A DNA stretch of 64,000 nt, from contig JAHRHZ010000085.1 of NCBI GenBank assembly GCA_024137785.1, forward strand, positions 2,108,279 to 2,172,278. Direction: 5' to 3'. Origin of the DNA: Ginglymostoma cirratum (Eukaryota). The translations under genes were made by a program, and so were the position numbers. The notes beneath the pieces are model-generated. The model saw only the letters and a program-made list of their open reading frames with translations. It was not told where the DNA came from and ran no database searches. Below, piece after piece: positions 25,001-39,513 of this stretch (position 1 is its first letter; every line of letters starts with the position of its first letter).

Positions 25001-25769
25001 AACGCCATCAAATGTAACACTGCAAACAACAAAATGCACAATTAGCTTTGCTTATTATTGGTGGTGGACTGAAATTAATAATTAGACTAATGCAAAATTA
25101 GACACAACAATTTATAACATAATACAATGTACTGCAAATTATTTACAACATAGAAAAAGCCCATTCAGCCAAATATGTCATGCAGATGGTCATACTTCTC
25201 AAGAAATTCCTCCAAACACAAGTCCTCAAAGTTTACCAATAAATGAGTCAAGTATTTCCTTCCTCATTTACCAGTACAGCTTTCTGCTAAATGTTTGGAT
25301 AACTTAACTATCCCATGTGTAAGGAAGAATCACTTACCATTTGTAATTTGGAAGAAAATAACTTCTTCTGAAGTTCTGTTTTGATTATTAGGGGTGTCGT
25401 TTAATTATGAACTCTAATCCAGAATACTAATCCTCTGATTGTGCCTTCTGTCAGAGTTCCAACCTGGTGCATATTCCTTGTAAGGTATGATAAGCACGCT
25501 ATTATACTATTTAACATAACATCATTTTCAGTCCTTCCATATGTTATTTTTCAATATAGAGGCCAGGACTGTATACAGTTCTCCAAGCATGTTCAAACTT
25601 ACATATGTTTAGTCAAAATGTATTGTTTTTCAATTGTTGAAATATCCAAAGATTTTTTTTAATGTGACTGAGTGAACATACTTCACTGCTTTCAGTGTTC
25701 TGTCTACCTACACTCTTTATTCCACATCTATCTCACTCAGCCACTTAATTTCCAAGCATATGACTTTGT

Positions 25770-26850
25770 AGGGTGGTGATAATCCACTGGTATTGTCATT
25801 GGATTAGTAATCTGAGAGCCAGGTAATGTTCTGGGAACCCAGATTCAACCATAGCATCTGTTGGAAATTGAATGCAAACAACAGGGATGAAAAGTCGAAA
25901 GTCAAAATGAACCTGTGAATAAAAACCCATTTAACATATCACTAACTAGCAGGAACATAGTCTGTCCTAGACTTAGTCTGGCCTAGATTTGACTCCAGAC
26001 CCACAGCAATATGATTGCCTCTTTATTGCCCTCTGAAATGTCCCAGCAAGCCACTCAGTTGTATCAAACAATTAATTAAATCAAAGTCACACAGATCATC
26101 GGGCATCAACCTAGACATTAGAAGCAACAACAGCAAGCTTATCCCTGTCAATCCTGTTTAACAACATTCAGTAGGTCATGCCTAAACTGCGAGAACATAC
26201 CCACAGCCATGTCAAGCAACTGCTCAGCATAGTCGTACTTATCTTACAGGTAAATTTCCAAACCCAACTACTTGATGGGTCTGTCACACTGAAGGGGCAG
26301 CAGAAGTGTTGGCACAGTGATAGAGGAGGAACTTGGTACAGGAGTGCTGGACATTGACTCTGGATGCTTCATGGCATCAAGTCAAATATGGATGCCAAAA
26401 CTTCCTGATTAGCCTTAAATTTCCCTCCCCTCCCATCACCTTATAAATCAGTGTTTATCCGTGTTAAACACCACTTACAGGTAGCACTGAGTGTAACAAG
26501 AATGCAGAATGTGCTGTGGGTGGGGAAGTTCAAAGTGCATCACTAAAGGTGTCTCTGCACCACCAATACTAACTTAGCTGATAGACTGATAAAGTTATGG
26601 CAAGAAAATAGCAGCCAGACTGGGTCTGCAACACTTGTAGAGGGAAGTAACAAGAGGAAAAGTCATACTTGACCTCATGTTCACCAATGAATTTGCTGCA
26701 CATGCATCTGTCCATGACACTTCCGTAGAAGTGATCTCTGCATCGTCCTAATGGAGACAGGTTCATCTTTACATTGCAGATACCTTCCATCATGTCAGGT
26801 ATGACCACACTGGGATAGATTTTGAACAAATCTAGCAACACAAAATTTCA
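25770..26850 (+). mobile_element. SINE-like head and core continuing into decayed LINE endonuclease sequence
   Basis: 25770-26040 matches the Deu-like SINE. The downstream sequence shows endonuclease-like remnants (LWVGKFKVHH, ILDLMFTN). Confidence 0.55.
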
Positions 26851-27179
26851 AGGAATGCTTTTGGCCTTCACTCTCACCAGAATTGTAAAGAAAAACACCT
26901 CTAGGTCCTCCATATCCAATTGAGTTAGGGAATGTTGTTCTTTTTAAAATGCAGGATGTGGATGTTAGTCAGACCAGCATTTGTTGCTGATCTGTAATTA
27001 CCCAGAGGGAAATTAAGAGTCAATCACATTTCTGTGGATCTGTGGCCAACATCAGGTAAAGTTGGCATTTTACTTCCCTAAAGGAAAGCATGCAAGGAAC
27101 AAAACTGGGCACATTTAGACCATAAGTGTCAGCTACAACACAAAATTACCATCTGGCATAAATAATAAATGAGGAGGAA

Positions 27180-29000
27180 AGCTGAGTGATTCCACAAACA
27201 GTGGATTTTATTTAAGGTCTTCAGTCCACTGGCATCCAATCTTGAATGGAGGTGCACCAATACCCGATCCTCTAAGGTCTTTCTCACCTCACTGTAGTAA
27301 CTAATGGATAATTAATAGTCTCTCATTGTTTCTTTGTTGACTGAGGATTCCATTTTCCATTCTAGAACTGATATCACTTTTATAATTCGGATGGTACTAA
27401 AACTTTCTGATGTTTGTTCTATCTCCTTCTTTTATGTTATAATTGTTTGCCAATTGTTCAGTATATATTCTCTCTCAATGACTTTGGTTTTCAGTACTAA
27501 TTGCGTCCTGTTTTACCTGACCAACTTGCTTTAACTTGCTTTAACGTGCATGAATGAAAATCATCTGGATTCCTGTTTTGTCCCCTCTAAGGCTTAGTTT
27601 ATTGATTATCTCCTCTGTTTCCATCAAATTTTTCGAGGTGTCTTTTTTTTTGTTCTCTATTTAAATACCCAAGCTATAACAGTTTTCTGAAGAAATACAA
27701 AATTAAAAAGTGAATATTCCTGCAATTTCACTGCAATTGCCTGTGAGTTTACATTATGCTTACTTTAGAAAGGTATCCCTATCATTAATCTATGCTCTTA
27801 TGTAACTATAAACTAGATTCAATTTTCATGTTATATTCTTTGACAAGCTCGTTGGGCCCAAAGTATGCTTTTACTTTTATTTTTCAGAACTAAACAATGT
27901 CTGCTATGTTGGCAGCAACTTTTGCATTTTTATCAACAATATCTCTGCTTGCAAAATGCTGCTTCAATGCAATTTTAAAAGATTGAGTTACCAATACAAG
28001 ATGTTTCTTTGCTTCATCTTCTCAGCACCAGTAGTACATCTCAGTAATCCCTCTTGGCTTTTGGCCTAACCACCATGCTGCAAATTCTCAGCAGATGTTG
28101 CAAATAAGCTGAGAAACAATATTAATATGAACTGATGGGCAATTTAAGGACAGATCCACCTGGATAATTGATACGAATCCGACTTGTCTACTTGGGATAT
28201 GAAGATTAAAAGTGCCTATGTTGATTGACAAAAGTTTTCTTTTGTAAGCCTCTTTATTTCCCCTTCTGTCCAACAAAGTGCACTTAGTATGCCCATAAAT
28301 TACCACCACAAGTGGCTTCAAATATTTGTTACTCAATCTCTTCACTCATGCTGTTTCTAAGTCTTGAAATTTAGGACTGTGGTAGTCTCTCGTTAGTACA
28401 AATATAATCTTCAGCTTTCAGAGCTACCTCATCATCTTTGGCTCTCATCCTGTCTTTCTAAAACGTCGTATATCCTTGATTACGTTTTCTGTTTTATAAC
28501 ATACTGTCCAGTCGTCTTGCTGTTTTCATCTCTCAGATCGGATGCGTCGTTATTTCTGACTCAGTGTCCAAAGTCATAATTGTTTCAAATTTATAGGTCC
28601 CAAAGTCCAACTATTTTTAACCCTTCTGTTCCGACATCTCCCAATTGTTGTCTCTCCATCCCAATGCATCATTGATATCGCTGTCTGCATCACTCTGACT
28701 GAGAAACTTGCTGATTTTACTAGGGTGTCCTGAAGTGTAGATGTTGTACCTTCCTGTCCCCAAAATTTGCCATTTATATCTCTCTGTTCGAAGAATAGAT
28801 GCTTTACCATATTACTTGCCCTGACTAATTCCTTTCCCTCAAAAGAATATAAACCACAAATCTCTTCTTGCATCCATTGTCCCATTCTGAACAGAAGGTA
28901 TTTGTTTTCCATTTTTGGAATTGAAAGTGAAGTTGCTATTTACCAAAGCTTATTCAGCATACTGAAGGAGCCTTTAATTTGAATGATACTTCAGTGTGCC
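27180..29000 (-). mobile_element. Very old CR1 remnant
   Basis: The minus strand yields endonuclease-like GYTTFRKDRM...VAL; boundaries approximate. Confidence 0.5.
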
Positions 29001-31514
29001 ACAGACCCAAATATGAACAAGCATTTGAAATACTGTAAATCTGTGGTAACTGTGCTGGAAAACTTTCTGAAATGTGTGTGGGAAATGTTCATTGACCATG
29101 TTAAACCAACAGACAATAATCGCTCTATGGCTTGATGGCAAACGGATCTCATCATTCTGATGAGATAACAAGAGCCTCAGATGCTGGATGTCAGAGTTGC
29201 TACAGTGTGGAACTGAAGGAAAACAATAGGTCAGGCAGCATCAGACTTTCCTGCTCCTCTGATGCTGCATGACTTGCTCTGTTCCTCCAGCTCCAAACTG
29301 TATCGACTCATCATTCTGATCTTCAATTGAACTCGGGTGTAGGTATTCATGGAGGGGTGGAGAGTTTGGATCTGTTCTACTTGGAGAGAAGAGGTTTGAG
29401 AGCAGATTCAATCGAATGTTCAAAATTAGAAGAGGCCTGTATAGAGTAGATAGAGAAAAAAATGTAAAAGTAAATTAATAATTGGAAGGAGTTTGGTTTC
29501 TATTTTAAGGTATATATGGAACAGCCAAGATTTTAAAAGTGATTGATATGTGTGGGAAGTGTACTCCCAGATTCAACATAAACGACCAAAGTAAGAGTAG
29601 GGGCCTGCTGTTTTGAACAAAAGATTAGACATGAAAACATCAGAATGGAATCCATTATGAAAATTAATGTGGGCTTCTGTTTTATTTTCAGCACTGTTAG
29701 TAACATATCCGTGGTGAACAGATAGATTGATACAAGAAGCCAGCTTTCCATGGTGAAAACAAATACGAAGAGAAGTATATTTGAAATCATCTGGCGAAGC
29801 AGCTATTCGGAAAGTGAAGATGACAGAATTAAACCAATGCTTTTGTGAACTGAATGTTTCTTCAAGGCTTTGGTGCTTCTAAGTGAGGGAGGGTTGAGCG
29901 AAAGTAAGCTGAACTCAATTAAAAACATATATAGTAATGTACAGCAGTATTTCCCGAGTGTAACAATGTGAAACTTTCAAGTATCTTCATTACGCTCGTC
30001 AACCATTTTCTCTGGCATTGTTCTTCAACCTAGCCCTAAGTTGACCAGCTACCTTCATGTGCTCTGTACCAATCGTCTGCGGCAGCTAAAATTTATGTGG
30101 GTGGCATAGAGAAATGGTAGGCACTGGGGAATTGATCAGCTATTATTTATGACAATGTAAATTGAGGCAGTGGTGGAAAAGTGATATTTCAAAAACAATT
30201 ATTGCTTTTGCATGTTGGTTGCAACCTTTGAGAAGCAGTGAAAGGTCAATAGGATTTGATTGTCATTATAGTCAACTTCAGGAGTGAAGGCAGAAAGGCA
30301 CTGTTCAATTATTTCATTGTCTTTGTCAGTGAATTTACCATCAACTGCTACGTCCCACTGTTTGCAGCAGTACTTTACAGTTTCATATACAATGTCATTT
30401 ACCTATCAAAAATTTCTGAATTCAGAATCACCCCATATGTACAATAGGGATGCAATGGTGTAGTGGTCTTGTGAGTGAACTAGTAAGGTGGAGATGCAGG
30501 CAATGTTTTGTGGGTCCAGGGAATCTAAATGACATAGCTGCTTCGATTTTCTGTTGGCAGGTCATGAGGAAGCCCCAACAATCTGCCTGCTAAAGATGCA
30601 TCTGTCCATGCAAGTTGAATGGCCATGCTTGTGGAGTCAAAGTCTTGCCTTTACCTTAAGGATACTGTAATTTCTACGCTGTGGCACTTTTAAGGTACTG
30701 AATGAGAACTCTGAACACTGAAAACATCAGGACTGGGCATTCATGAGATGCTTTGGACTATCAAAGTATGGAGTAAAAATGCACTTGAACTTATCCTCAC
30801 CAACTTGTCAGTTGTAGATGCATCTACCCACTATGTATTGGTAAGGATGACCATAGTGAACAAAACTGATTCAATGAAAAGGAGGAGGGAGTAGCAAGAA
30901 CAAAAGCAGAGGTACTTTGTTGCATGTGGATGGCTGTTACTCTGTTTGTACTGCATATGATAGAAACTCTGAACCATGATATATTTAGTTGCTAGATAAT
31001 CTTTGCCATACAGCAGTTGTACAAAGGAATGTAGGAAATGGGAACATGACAATTAGTTGCAGAGTGAAACATTCTAGCCATCAAGCCTCTGCCATCACAT
31101 TCAATGAGGTTATGTCGGATCTGACGGTAGTCTAAATCTTCAGTTTCCTGTGTGATATTCACACTAACTGTTAGCTCCAATTGTAGCAAAACAACTAAAG
31201 CAGCCTGAAAGAGATGCTCAAGGGCTAATGATCCACTGACAGAGGAAACAAAAACATACTGGCTCAAAAATTAGACCTTTTATTTTTAAATTGGCTGAGT
31301 TACTGTCTACAGAATGAGCATCCACTCAACATTCACTGCATTAAGCCCCCATATTATTATATATATACAAATTATATGTTATATGAGTTTTATAAAATCC
31401 TGTGGGAATAGGCCCAAACTGTTCAACCTCTCTCCAACCTGATTTTATTTCAGTCTTTAAACTTACCAATCATTATTTGTATACCTTAATCCCAAGATTA
31501 CAATCCCAGGAAAA

Positions 31515-32895
31515 ACATAATTATTGGAAAAACTCAGCAGGTTTGGCAACATCTATGGATTGAAAGCAGAGTGAATAGTTTGTGCCCAGCAACCCTTCTT
31601 CAGAACTGAATACAGCTATGGAAAAGTTTCCTATATGTACTGAAGATGGGTTGAGGGAGGGGAGGCGGACTGAACGGTGAGTGGAATTAGAGCTCAGAGA
31701 CAGAGAACAACAGTTGAACATACAAAGGATGGGGTAAACGTCAGCCTGGGAGAATCAATACCTGCTCATGAGGATCATTAGTAGCTGGAAATCGTTACCA
31801 GCCCATGTGATGACATGGCCCGGTGTGTGGGGGCTTAGGGTCAGTGCATGGGAGATGGTGTTTAAGCCCCAAAATTATTGAACACAATATTGAGTCTTGA
31901 AGGTTGCAGGGTGCCCAAGTGGAAAATGAAATGCTATTCTTCCAGTTTGTGCTGAGCTTCATCATAGCACTGCAGAAACCCTGAGTTTGCCAGTCCTCAC
32001 TTACCATCCCACCAGCATGCACATCCAAAGGATCATTAGCAGCCATTTCTCCCACCATCAAACTCATATTCTCTTCCCCTCCCTTGTCAGCCTTCAGCGG
32101 GGACCTTTCCCTCTAGGACACTTTGGTCGACTCCCAGAACCCACACATACCCCATCATCACCTTCTGTTACAATTTGTTCCTCTCTTCTCACTACCCAAT
32201 GCCACTGACACACTTTCCAAGTGAAACAGCGATTTACCTGAACTTCACTCATTCCAGGCTACTGTATTCACTGCTCATAATGTGGTCTTCACTATGTTGG
32301 GGAGACAAAACACAGTCTGAGTGACCCGCTTGGTGGAACACCTATGTTCTGTCTGTAAAAATCACCCTGAGCCTCCTGTTGCTTGCCACTTCAACACACT
32401 ATTGTCTTCCTTGGTGAGCACCTCAGTCTTGTGCTTGCTGCAGTGATCCACCAAAGCTCAGCACAAGCTGGAAGAACAGCATCTCATTTTCCACTTGGCG
32501 ACCCTGCAGCTTTTGGAACTCAATATCAAGTTCAATAATTTTAATGCTTGAGCACCTTCTTCCATGTCCTTACCCCAACACTACAAACCAGGCCGTGTCA
32601 TTACACTGACCACTACCAATTGTTAGCTACTAATGGTCCGCGTTAGCAGGTATCAATTCTCAATGGCTGACCTTTATGCATTCTTTGTCAGAGTTACTGT
32701 TGTGTTCTCTGGGCTCCATCTCCCAGTTACTGTTTATTTCTCCTCCCTCCCCTAACCCATCTTCAGCATATGCACTAATCTTTTTCAAAGCTACAAACAG
32801 TTCTGACAAAGAATCAGTGGAAGCAAACTGTTGCTTCTGCTTTCTCTCCACCAAAGGTGCCAGACCTGCTGAGCTTTTCCAACAAATTTCCATCA
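31515..32895. mobile_element. Decayed Penelope-like element with an inverted 3' duplication
   Basis: 31515-31980 is the reverse complement of ~32440-32895. The centre has PVLTYHPT and YVGETK GIY-YIG remnants. Confidence 0.75.
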
Positions 32896-33403
32896 TCACA
32901 GTTTTCTTTTTATTACTCAAAATGTCATCTTCAATGTTTTGTCCCACATAGTTATTACTGTTATTTATCCTCTAGATCAGTCCCACCAGTGATTCTTTCT
33001 GGTACTATTCTTTTCTCCCTAAACTGATTCTTCATCATGGTTTCTTGACCATGGCAATTTTTAACAGTTCATAACTCTAACTCTAACAGTAGAACACCAT
33101 CTTCTAAAAACTGGTTCCCTATACTTATTGACTGTTATATACTCCTAAATAATCAATACAGAATATTTGTCATCTTACAGTCGTGTCTCCATAGTGAACA
33201 ATCATGCATATTTACATCAATATGTGGTTTCATTTTATTTATTTTAGTCAGAATGCGAAGATCATTTTCAAATCTAGAGTCTTTTTTCTTGTCTCTTTTT
33301 TGTGAACACAGACACCAACAGGTTCAAGAACAGTTTCTTCCTTATTGTTGTTAGATTGCTGAACAGAGCTCTCTAATTTCAAATAATGTTGCTCTTGCTA
33401 ATG

Positions 33404-33512
33404 AATTTCTTCATTTTCTGAAGAAGGGTCTAGGCCCGAAACGTCAGCCTTCCTGCTCGTCTGATGCTGCTTGGCCTGCTGTGTTCATTCAGCTCTATAC
33501 CTTGTTATCTCT
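33404..33512 (+). mobile_element. Short Penelope terminal-repeat insertion with hammerhead core and 15-bp TSD
   Basis: TTGCTCTTGCTAATG at 33389-33403 and 33513-33527; core CTGAAGAAGGGTCTAGGCCCGAAACGTC at 33418-33445. Confidence 0.85.
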
Positions 33513-33969
33513 TTGCTCTTGCTAATGTTGATTTTGCTTTGTGCATCTCCTGTGCAGTCGTAACCTTGTATGTGCACTCTGTCCAAGCACACTATGATCC
33601 GTATGTCCTTGTTTGTTATGATTTGCCTGTACTGCTCACAAAACTAAACTTTTCACTGCACTTAGATACATGTGGCTAAAATGAATCAAATCAAATCAAA
33701 TCCAATTCCTCGTCTTGATTGTTAGTGTACTCCTAAGTCCCTTTTTTTCTTAAACTCTATCCGTCTTGCCATTCTCTGACCTTCAATTCCCTGATTCTTA
33801 TTTTCCTCTTGTCATTTGTCTTTACTCTTTAACATACCACAATCCACACGTGGTCCCTTGATCCATTATTTAGTTTAAAACCCTCTCTTTTCCCATAATT
33901 CTTCCATCTGCAAAAACATTGGCCCTCTTACAGCACAACAACCACACAGCCAGACACCACTTTTCCCAG

Positions 33970-34447
33970 ATAACAAGCATGGGGCTGGATGAACACAGCA
34001 GGTCAAGCAGCATCATAGGAGCAGGAAAACTTGACATTTCGGGCCTAAACCCTTCATCAGAAATGGGGGAGGGGAAGAGGGTTCTGAAATAAATAGGGAG
34101 AGAGGGGGAGGCGGATAGAAGATGGATAGAGGAGAGGATAGGTGGAGAGGAGGCAGACAAGTCGAAGAGGCGGGGATGGAGCCAGTAAAGGTGAGTGTAG
34201 GTGGGGGGGTAGGGAGGAGATAGGTCAGTCCAGGGAGGACGGACAGGTCAAGGGGGTGGGATGATGTTAGTAGATAGGAGATGGGGGTGTGGCTTGAGGT
34301 GAGAGGATAAGCAGGTTAGGGAGGTGGAGATGAGCTGGGCTGGTTTTGGGATGCGGTTGGGGGAGGGGAGATTTTGAAGCTTGTGAAATCCACATTGATG
34401 CCATTGGGCTGCAGGGTTCCCAGGCTGAATATGATTTGCTCTCTGAT
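33970..34447 (-). mobile_element. Young 5'-truncated Penelope copy with 14-bp TSD
   Basis: Near-identical to the reverse complement of 4285-4755; ACCACTTTTCCCAG at 33956-33969 and 34448-34461. Confidence 0.92.
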
Positions 34448-37400
34448 ACCACTTTTCCCAGTGTTGCTACTAGTAGCCAATGAACTAGAGTACACTTCGC
34501 ATTCACAATTCCTAAGAGGAATAGCACTGTGAATCATTGATGGCATTTGTGCCTTTATTCGAGAGCTTCCTTGAGAAATGAATTGCCAGGTGAGTGCAGT
34601 CCACCTACTCTGTGCAGTAAATTCAATTGTTGCATCTCTGGCTAATGTCCAAGTCATTTCTCCAACCTGAAAGAACAAAACAAAACAATTTTTTTTACTG
34701 TGGGCTGTATATTACACTTTATTGACACTACCAGCACTTACATGTTGTTCCCCATCAGCAAGTTCAGTTTGGGTGAGTTGCCTGAACAATTGCCTCAGTT
34801 TGTTGTTGTGTGTTGCAGTAATGCACCTTTCTGTTCCAGCACTTATTTTCTGTTTCTTTTATGCATTGCACTCTCATGAAATTTATACAGTTATTTAACT
34901 TTCATTCAATACACAATGTGTTGTTGACTTTAATGCAGATTAACTAACTCTCTCTGCGTTATTTTATCTTTAAGATCATATCAATAATTTGGCGTTAACA
35001 TTCTCTTCTTGAATGATTGAGTGAAATATCAGTCAAGTTGACTCAGCCCCGTGTGAAACTGTAGGTAGATGCTTGCTCAATATGTCCTGGCAATAGTCGA
35101 TTCGGTTCTTTCAAGGCGGCCTAATGCTGAATACATAGTGATGAAATTAAGATTATGATCAATATCTCTGCAAGGAACAAGTTGACAGAAAATTAATTGG
35201 TTTCTTCAGATAATTATAGTGTGAAAGTACATGAGTAGGAGTGGTCTGTTGCACAGATACACATCAAGGCAATTTTGTTTATTTTGGAAACGGGGTCTAC
35301 TGTAACAGAGAAGCAAGAAAAGAACAAGAGAATTTGGAGTTTATAACTATTGTTTCATAAAGTACAGCATTCACCGATTGTTCTTTGAAAACTCCCTTCA
35401 ATGTATCGATACAGAAAATGGGCTTCAATAGACGACAAATACTTGATTCGCATTGAAGCTCTTTTGTTTATTCTGGTAATGAAGAGACGAACTCAGTGAG
35501 ATTATGATTTGTGCACTTGAAATTTAATAAAGTATATTTGAAAGCTTATGTTATTGGCAAGTAAAGACACCTTGAAATGACAAAGTTTTCATCATTTATC
35601 TCATCTATAATAAAAACACCTTAATTTTCAACCTTCATTTCAATCAAAAAGTAAAGTGTATGTTTAATCAATTTTATAAACATAAAGATGATTCGTACTC
35701 TCAGTAATTTCACAAAATAACCAATAATCAAATGGAAGTTCAATTGTAAACTTGTCTGTAATTAGTTCAGGAACAAAAACAGAAGTAGCTGGAAAAGCTC
35801 AGCAGGTCTGGCAGCGTCTGTGAAGGAAAAAAACAGAGTTAACATTTCGGGTCTGGTGACCCTTCCTCAGAACTGATGGTGGCTGGGAAAATGTCAGTTT
35901 ATATGTAATTCGTTCAACTCAACTCAAAAAAAGAAAAATGTTTGTGTTCGGTAAAACCCAGGTCCCATTTACTACCTTTGATAACTTTTAATCATGTTTA
36001 ATTTTAGATAGTGCCATGATGATATTTCTTGGGATGTCAGTCTTGACAACACGTATTCGGAATCTGTGCCCAGCTACCACCATGAATATTCAACCCATAC
36101 AGCAAATACGATTTGGAAGTGAGCTGATACAAAAGAAAACGGAATGTTTACTTTTTGTGTGATGATGAGGTCCTTAGCAAAATGATGATGAGCCATCTTC
36201 TTGAATGGATGCAGCCAATGTGGTTCATGTCTATCCAATGTGCTTCTAGGAAGAGGTTACATAACTGGAATTCAGGACCAAGTCAGAAGATCAGTCTTCT
36301 GAGGTGGCTGATCCATATTATGATTCGGGAATGCCTATCTTCTAGCCAAGGAGTGCACTTGCAACGTATCCTGGAACACTTCCACTTACCACTACCGAGA
36401 TGACAGTAGCGCTAACAAACTCAGGAGAATGGCATCTCGCAACACAATGCAGCACTTTTGATCACCAACCACATTCTCTTAAATGGACATTTACCACATG
36501 GACAGGAACAATTCAGAAGGAAACAGACTGATCTAGACAGCTGTTAACAGGAACTCACAAAGGCAGTGAATGTATATGAATAAAACACATAAATGAAAAC
36601 TACTACAGATGCTGGAGTCTGTACTGAAAACAAAAGTGCTGAATATCACAGCGGGTCAGGCAGCATCCATGGAGAGAAAGCAAGCTAACATTTCGACTCT
36701 AGATGATTCCTCATAAACTCAGGGCTTATGAAGCGTCATCTAGACTTGAAACATTACCTTGGATGCAGCCTGACCCGTTGTGATTTCCACCATTTTTTGT
36801 TCATATAAATGGTGTTGCCTGGTTACCACCTTCGACAACAATTATTGGTTTGGTACAATGAGAAAGAGAGTCAAATCTCAACCAACTAATAATTAATTTT
36901 ATTAGTTTAGTCAAACAGACATAATATCTTCAGTGGGAGTTATTGGTAAAAAGGGCCACACAGAAGAGTCACAGAGAATGACTTGTACATACATTATCTG
37001 AGAGTCAAGACATGATGCTGAAAAGTAATGAGGAAGGGGATTTTGGACAGATTAATCCAACACCCTTTCTCAGTCTTTTTAGTCCAAGAGGAGTCAGAGG
37101 GTATTAATTGCGCCCTACTTTCTTCTTTTTTAATGCAGCTGTAGTACTTTGGGCTTCACCCCAAATCCCCACATTCTTCAAATTACTATAAAAACAGTCA
37201 TCTGATTGTTCACAAAATTTGAAAATGTTTACAACATAGAGAAGCAATGTGTCTGCACCGGCCAAAAACAGAGGAACCAAACCCAATGTCCCTCCTTAGG
37301 ATTTAATGTGAAACACCACAGAATGCAGCACTTCAAAGAATATCCAGTCAAAAAAGCTTCAAAGGTATCTGTATCCAATATTCTTTCAGGCAATGGGTTC

Positions 37401-38025
37401 CAGGCAGTGACAACACTCAAGGATAAACAGTTTCATCATCTCCCGGTAAAGCATTTCACCAATGTCTTTAAATCTATGACCCTTGAATCATTGTCCTTTG
37501 CATGAAGGTACATGACCTCTTCCCTATTCACCATGCCACGGCCCGTCTCAATTTTGTGTATTCCAATAAAACTACCCCCCAGCGTCATCAGTTTCAATGA
37601 CAAAGGCTTCAGCCCATCCGATTGTTCTTGAGCCATACTTTGAAGTCCTCACAGAACCTCCGAAGTACTTTTTGTATCCTCACTAGCGGAATCATTTCTG
37701 TTGTGGCTTCCGGTCACAAAAACAACAGCAGGTTTTATTTGAAAAGGTCTGCATTTTTTCATTCAGCATTCAAGTAATCCTGGGCTCATTGGCCTCACAC
37801 AAACATATGCAATTAAAATGGAGACGGAGTTGAGCATTTAACAATCAATTCTGGTCTCAGACACAACTGATAGTCTCAGATTTTCACTGTCAATATGTCT
37901 ACGTGCTATTCATAACAGGACGTCTGTACGCTATGCATCATGTGTGCAAGTACACTCATCTTTAGCCATGTTTTAACTGTTCATTATCAAGACGCAACAT
38001 GAACTTAAAGCTAGATTGGAAAACT

Positions 38026-39513
38026 ATGCAGATACTTAATTTTGTTATTATTAATTTTGTGTTTTTTTTGCACGTTAAGTATTCACAGAGCTCATTTGCC
38101 ACGGCATTAGAGGGAAGAAAATACGACATGCAATGAGGACAACAGTTTAAAAATTGGAGTGTTAGTCAATTAGGCATGGGAAATTGCTGTTGCATCAATG
38201 ACTTAGAATGATGGTGCTATTTGGATGGGTGCAGACTGTCCTTCTTGTTTATCTCAGTGTGTTTCCTTAGTTGATAGTTGCTGTGGGCATTTAGGCCAAA
38301 GTGAAACAAGATCTTAGATGAATAACAAAATAGACAGGTTCATCAGTCTCATGTAATGTCCTTTTTTCTTCAAAACTGACCATTTAAACGTTGTCACTTA
38401 CTGGTGGAGTGAAGCAATCATGCAGGAGGATAACAGAAAGTTATTCACTGTCGTTAGAGGAACAGGCTACCTTAATCTTCTGAATGTGACTGCCGGGGAC
38501 GCTGGAACATACAACTGTATAGTCACATATCAGCATTGAACGTTTGGGAAAGAAACTGTTGTGCAACTTACTGTATATGGTGTCACCACAGATAAACATG
38601 GTGTCTGAGCTGCATTTCATCTGGACATTTAACTTCTTTAGAATGAAATTATCAACAGTGTGAGAAAATTGTAAGGACTGCCACACTATAAAGATTACCA
38701 TTGGCACTTCATAAGAAAATTGTATTGAAATGTATCTATTGCAAGTTAATACCAAACTTTGATCCTACCCAGTATTCCTTTCTACTCTAAGCATTGGGAA
38801 GCAATTTGAAAAGTTACATATATTATCTGCAGTATTATAGATTTTGAATATCTAGCATCTAATAAAAAATAAAATTCCTGCTCCCCCTTGTTTGGACTGT
38901 GGCTGTCGCAGTTTCTATGATCTAGAATCCAGTTCCAAACCGCTTGTTAAGAAAGATGCTGAATGATATTCTAAATATATTTGTAATAATTAATATGTAT
39001 ACAAGTTAGAAACCAATCTTGCTGAACTTGGAAATGGTGCATCAATCGCTTTTGGGGGTGGGGGAATTTGCAATATCTTAAACATAACAATTACTTCAAG
39101 CAAATAATGACTACTAAGGCAAAAACTGCGCCCTGAAATTACAGATGGCTTGTTAATTAAATAATTGAAGCTTTGGAGTAGGAATCTGATGATTCAATTT
39201 TTCTGAATTATATTATTTACAATGCAGCTTCACTAACTCCACTGAAAATTGTGCCACATACATTGGAAGAAGGTTCTTTCATTCTGCAGTGTAGGACTTC
39301 TGCCAATTTCCCAAAAGACTTTTATCTTACTTCATACAAAAATGATACAAAAGTCTTGAACGGACTTAGAAATGAACAAACACCACAGACTTTATGAGGT
39401 TGTCAGCACCTTAGAGTCAGAGGCAGTTGAATGCTACAGTTTACACTTGTCAAGTGCAACATTTCAAGCTCATTTCGAGCAAATGTCAGTTACATTATTG
39501 CAGAACGTGACTC
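38026..39513 (+). pseudogene. Pseudogene paralogue of the VJ-C1 receptor (leader 38026-38074, VJ 38278-38579, C1 39228-~39513)
   Basis: Leader MQILNFVIINFVFFLH with a decayed donor (G|TTAAGT). V: AVGI*AKVKQDLR*ITK*TGSSVS/CPFFFK...TYWWSE...NRKLFTVVRGTGYLNLLNVTAGDAGTYNCIVTYQH*TFGKETVVQLTVY. C1: SLTPLKIV...FILQCRTSANFPKDFYLTSYKNDTKV.../LYEVVSTLE/TVYTCQVQH. Multiple stops and frameshifts; no TM or tail exon found. Confidence 0.88.

Noticed and set aside
29692-29885. Exon-like segment with faint V-domain resemblance (GEAAIRKV...CFCELNV)
   Set aside because: Stops in all frames and no convincing Cys/Trp/DxGxY pattern.
30992-31267. Minus-strand ORF containing LDYRQI and ISYIPL ITIM-like words
   Set aside because: Tyrosine spacing (32 aa) and context do not match the family tail exon, and there are no associated TM or linker exons.
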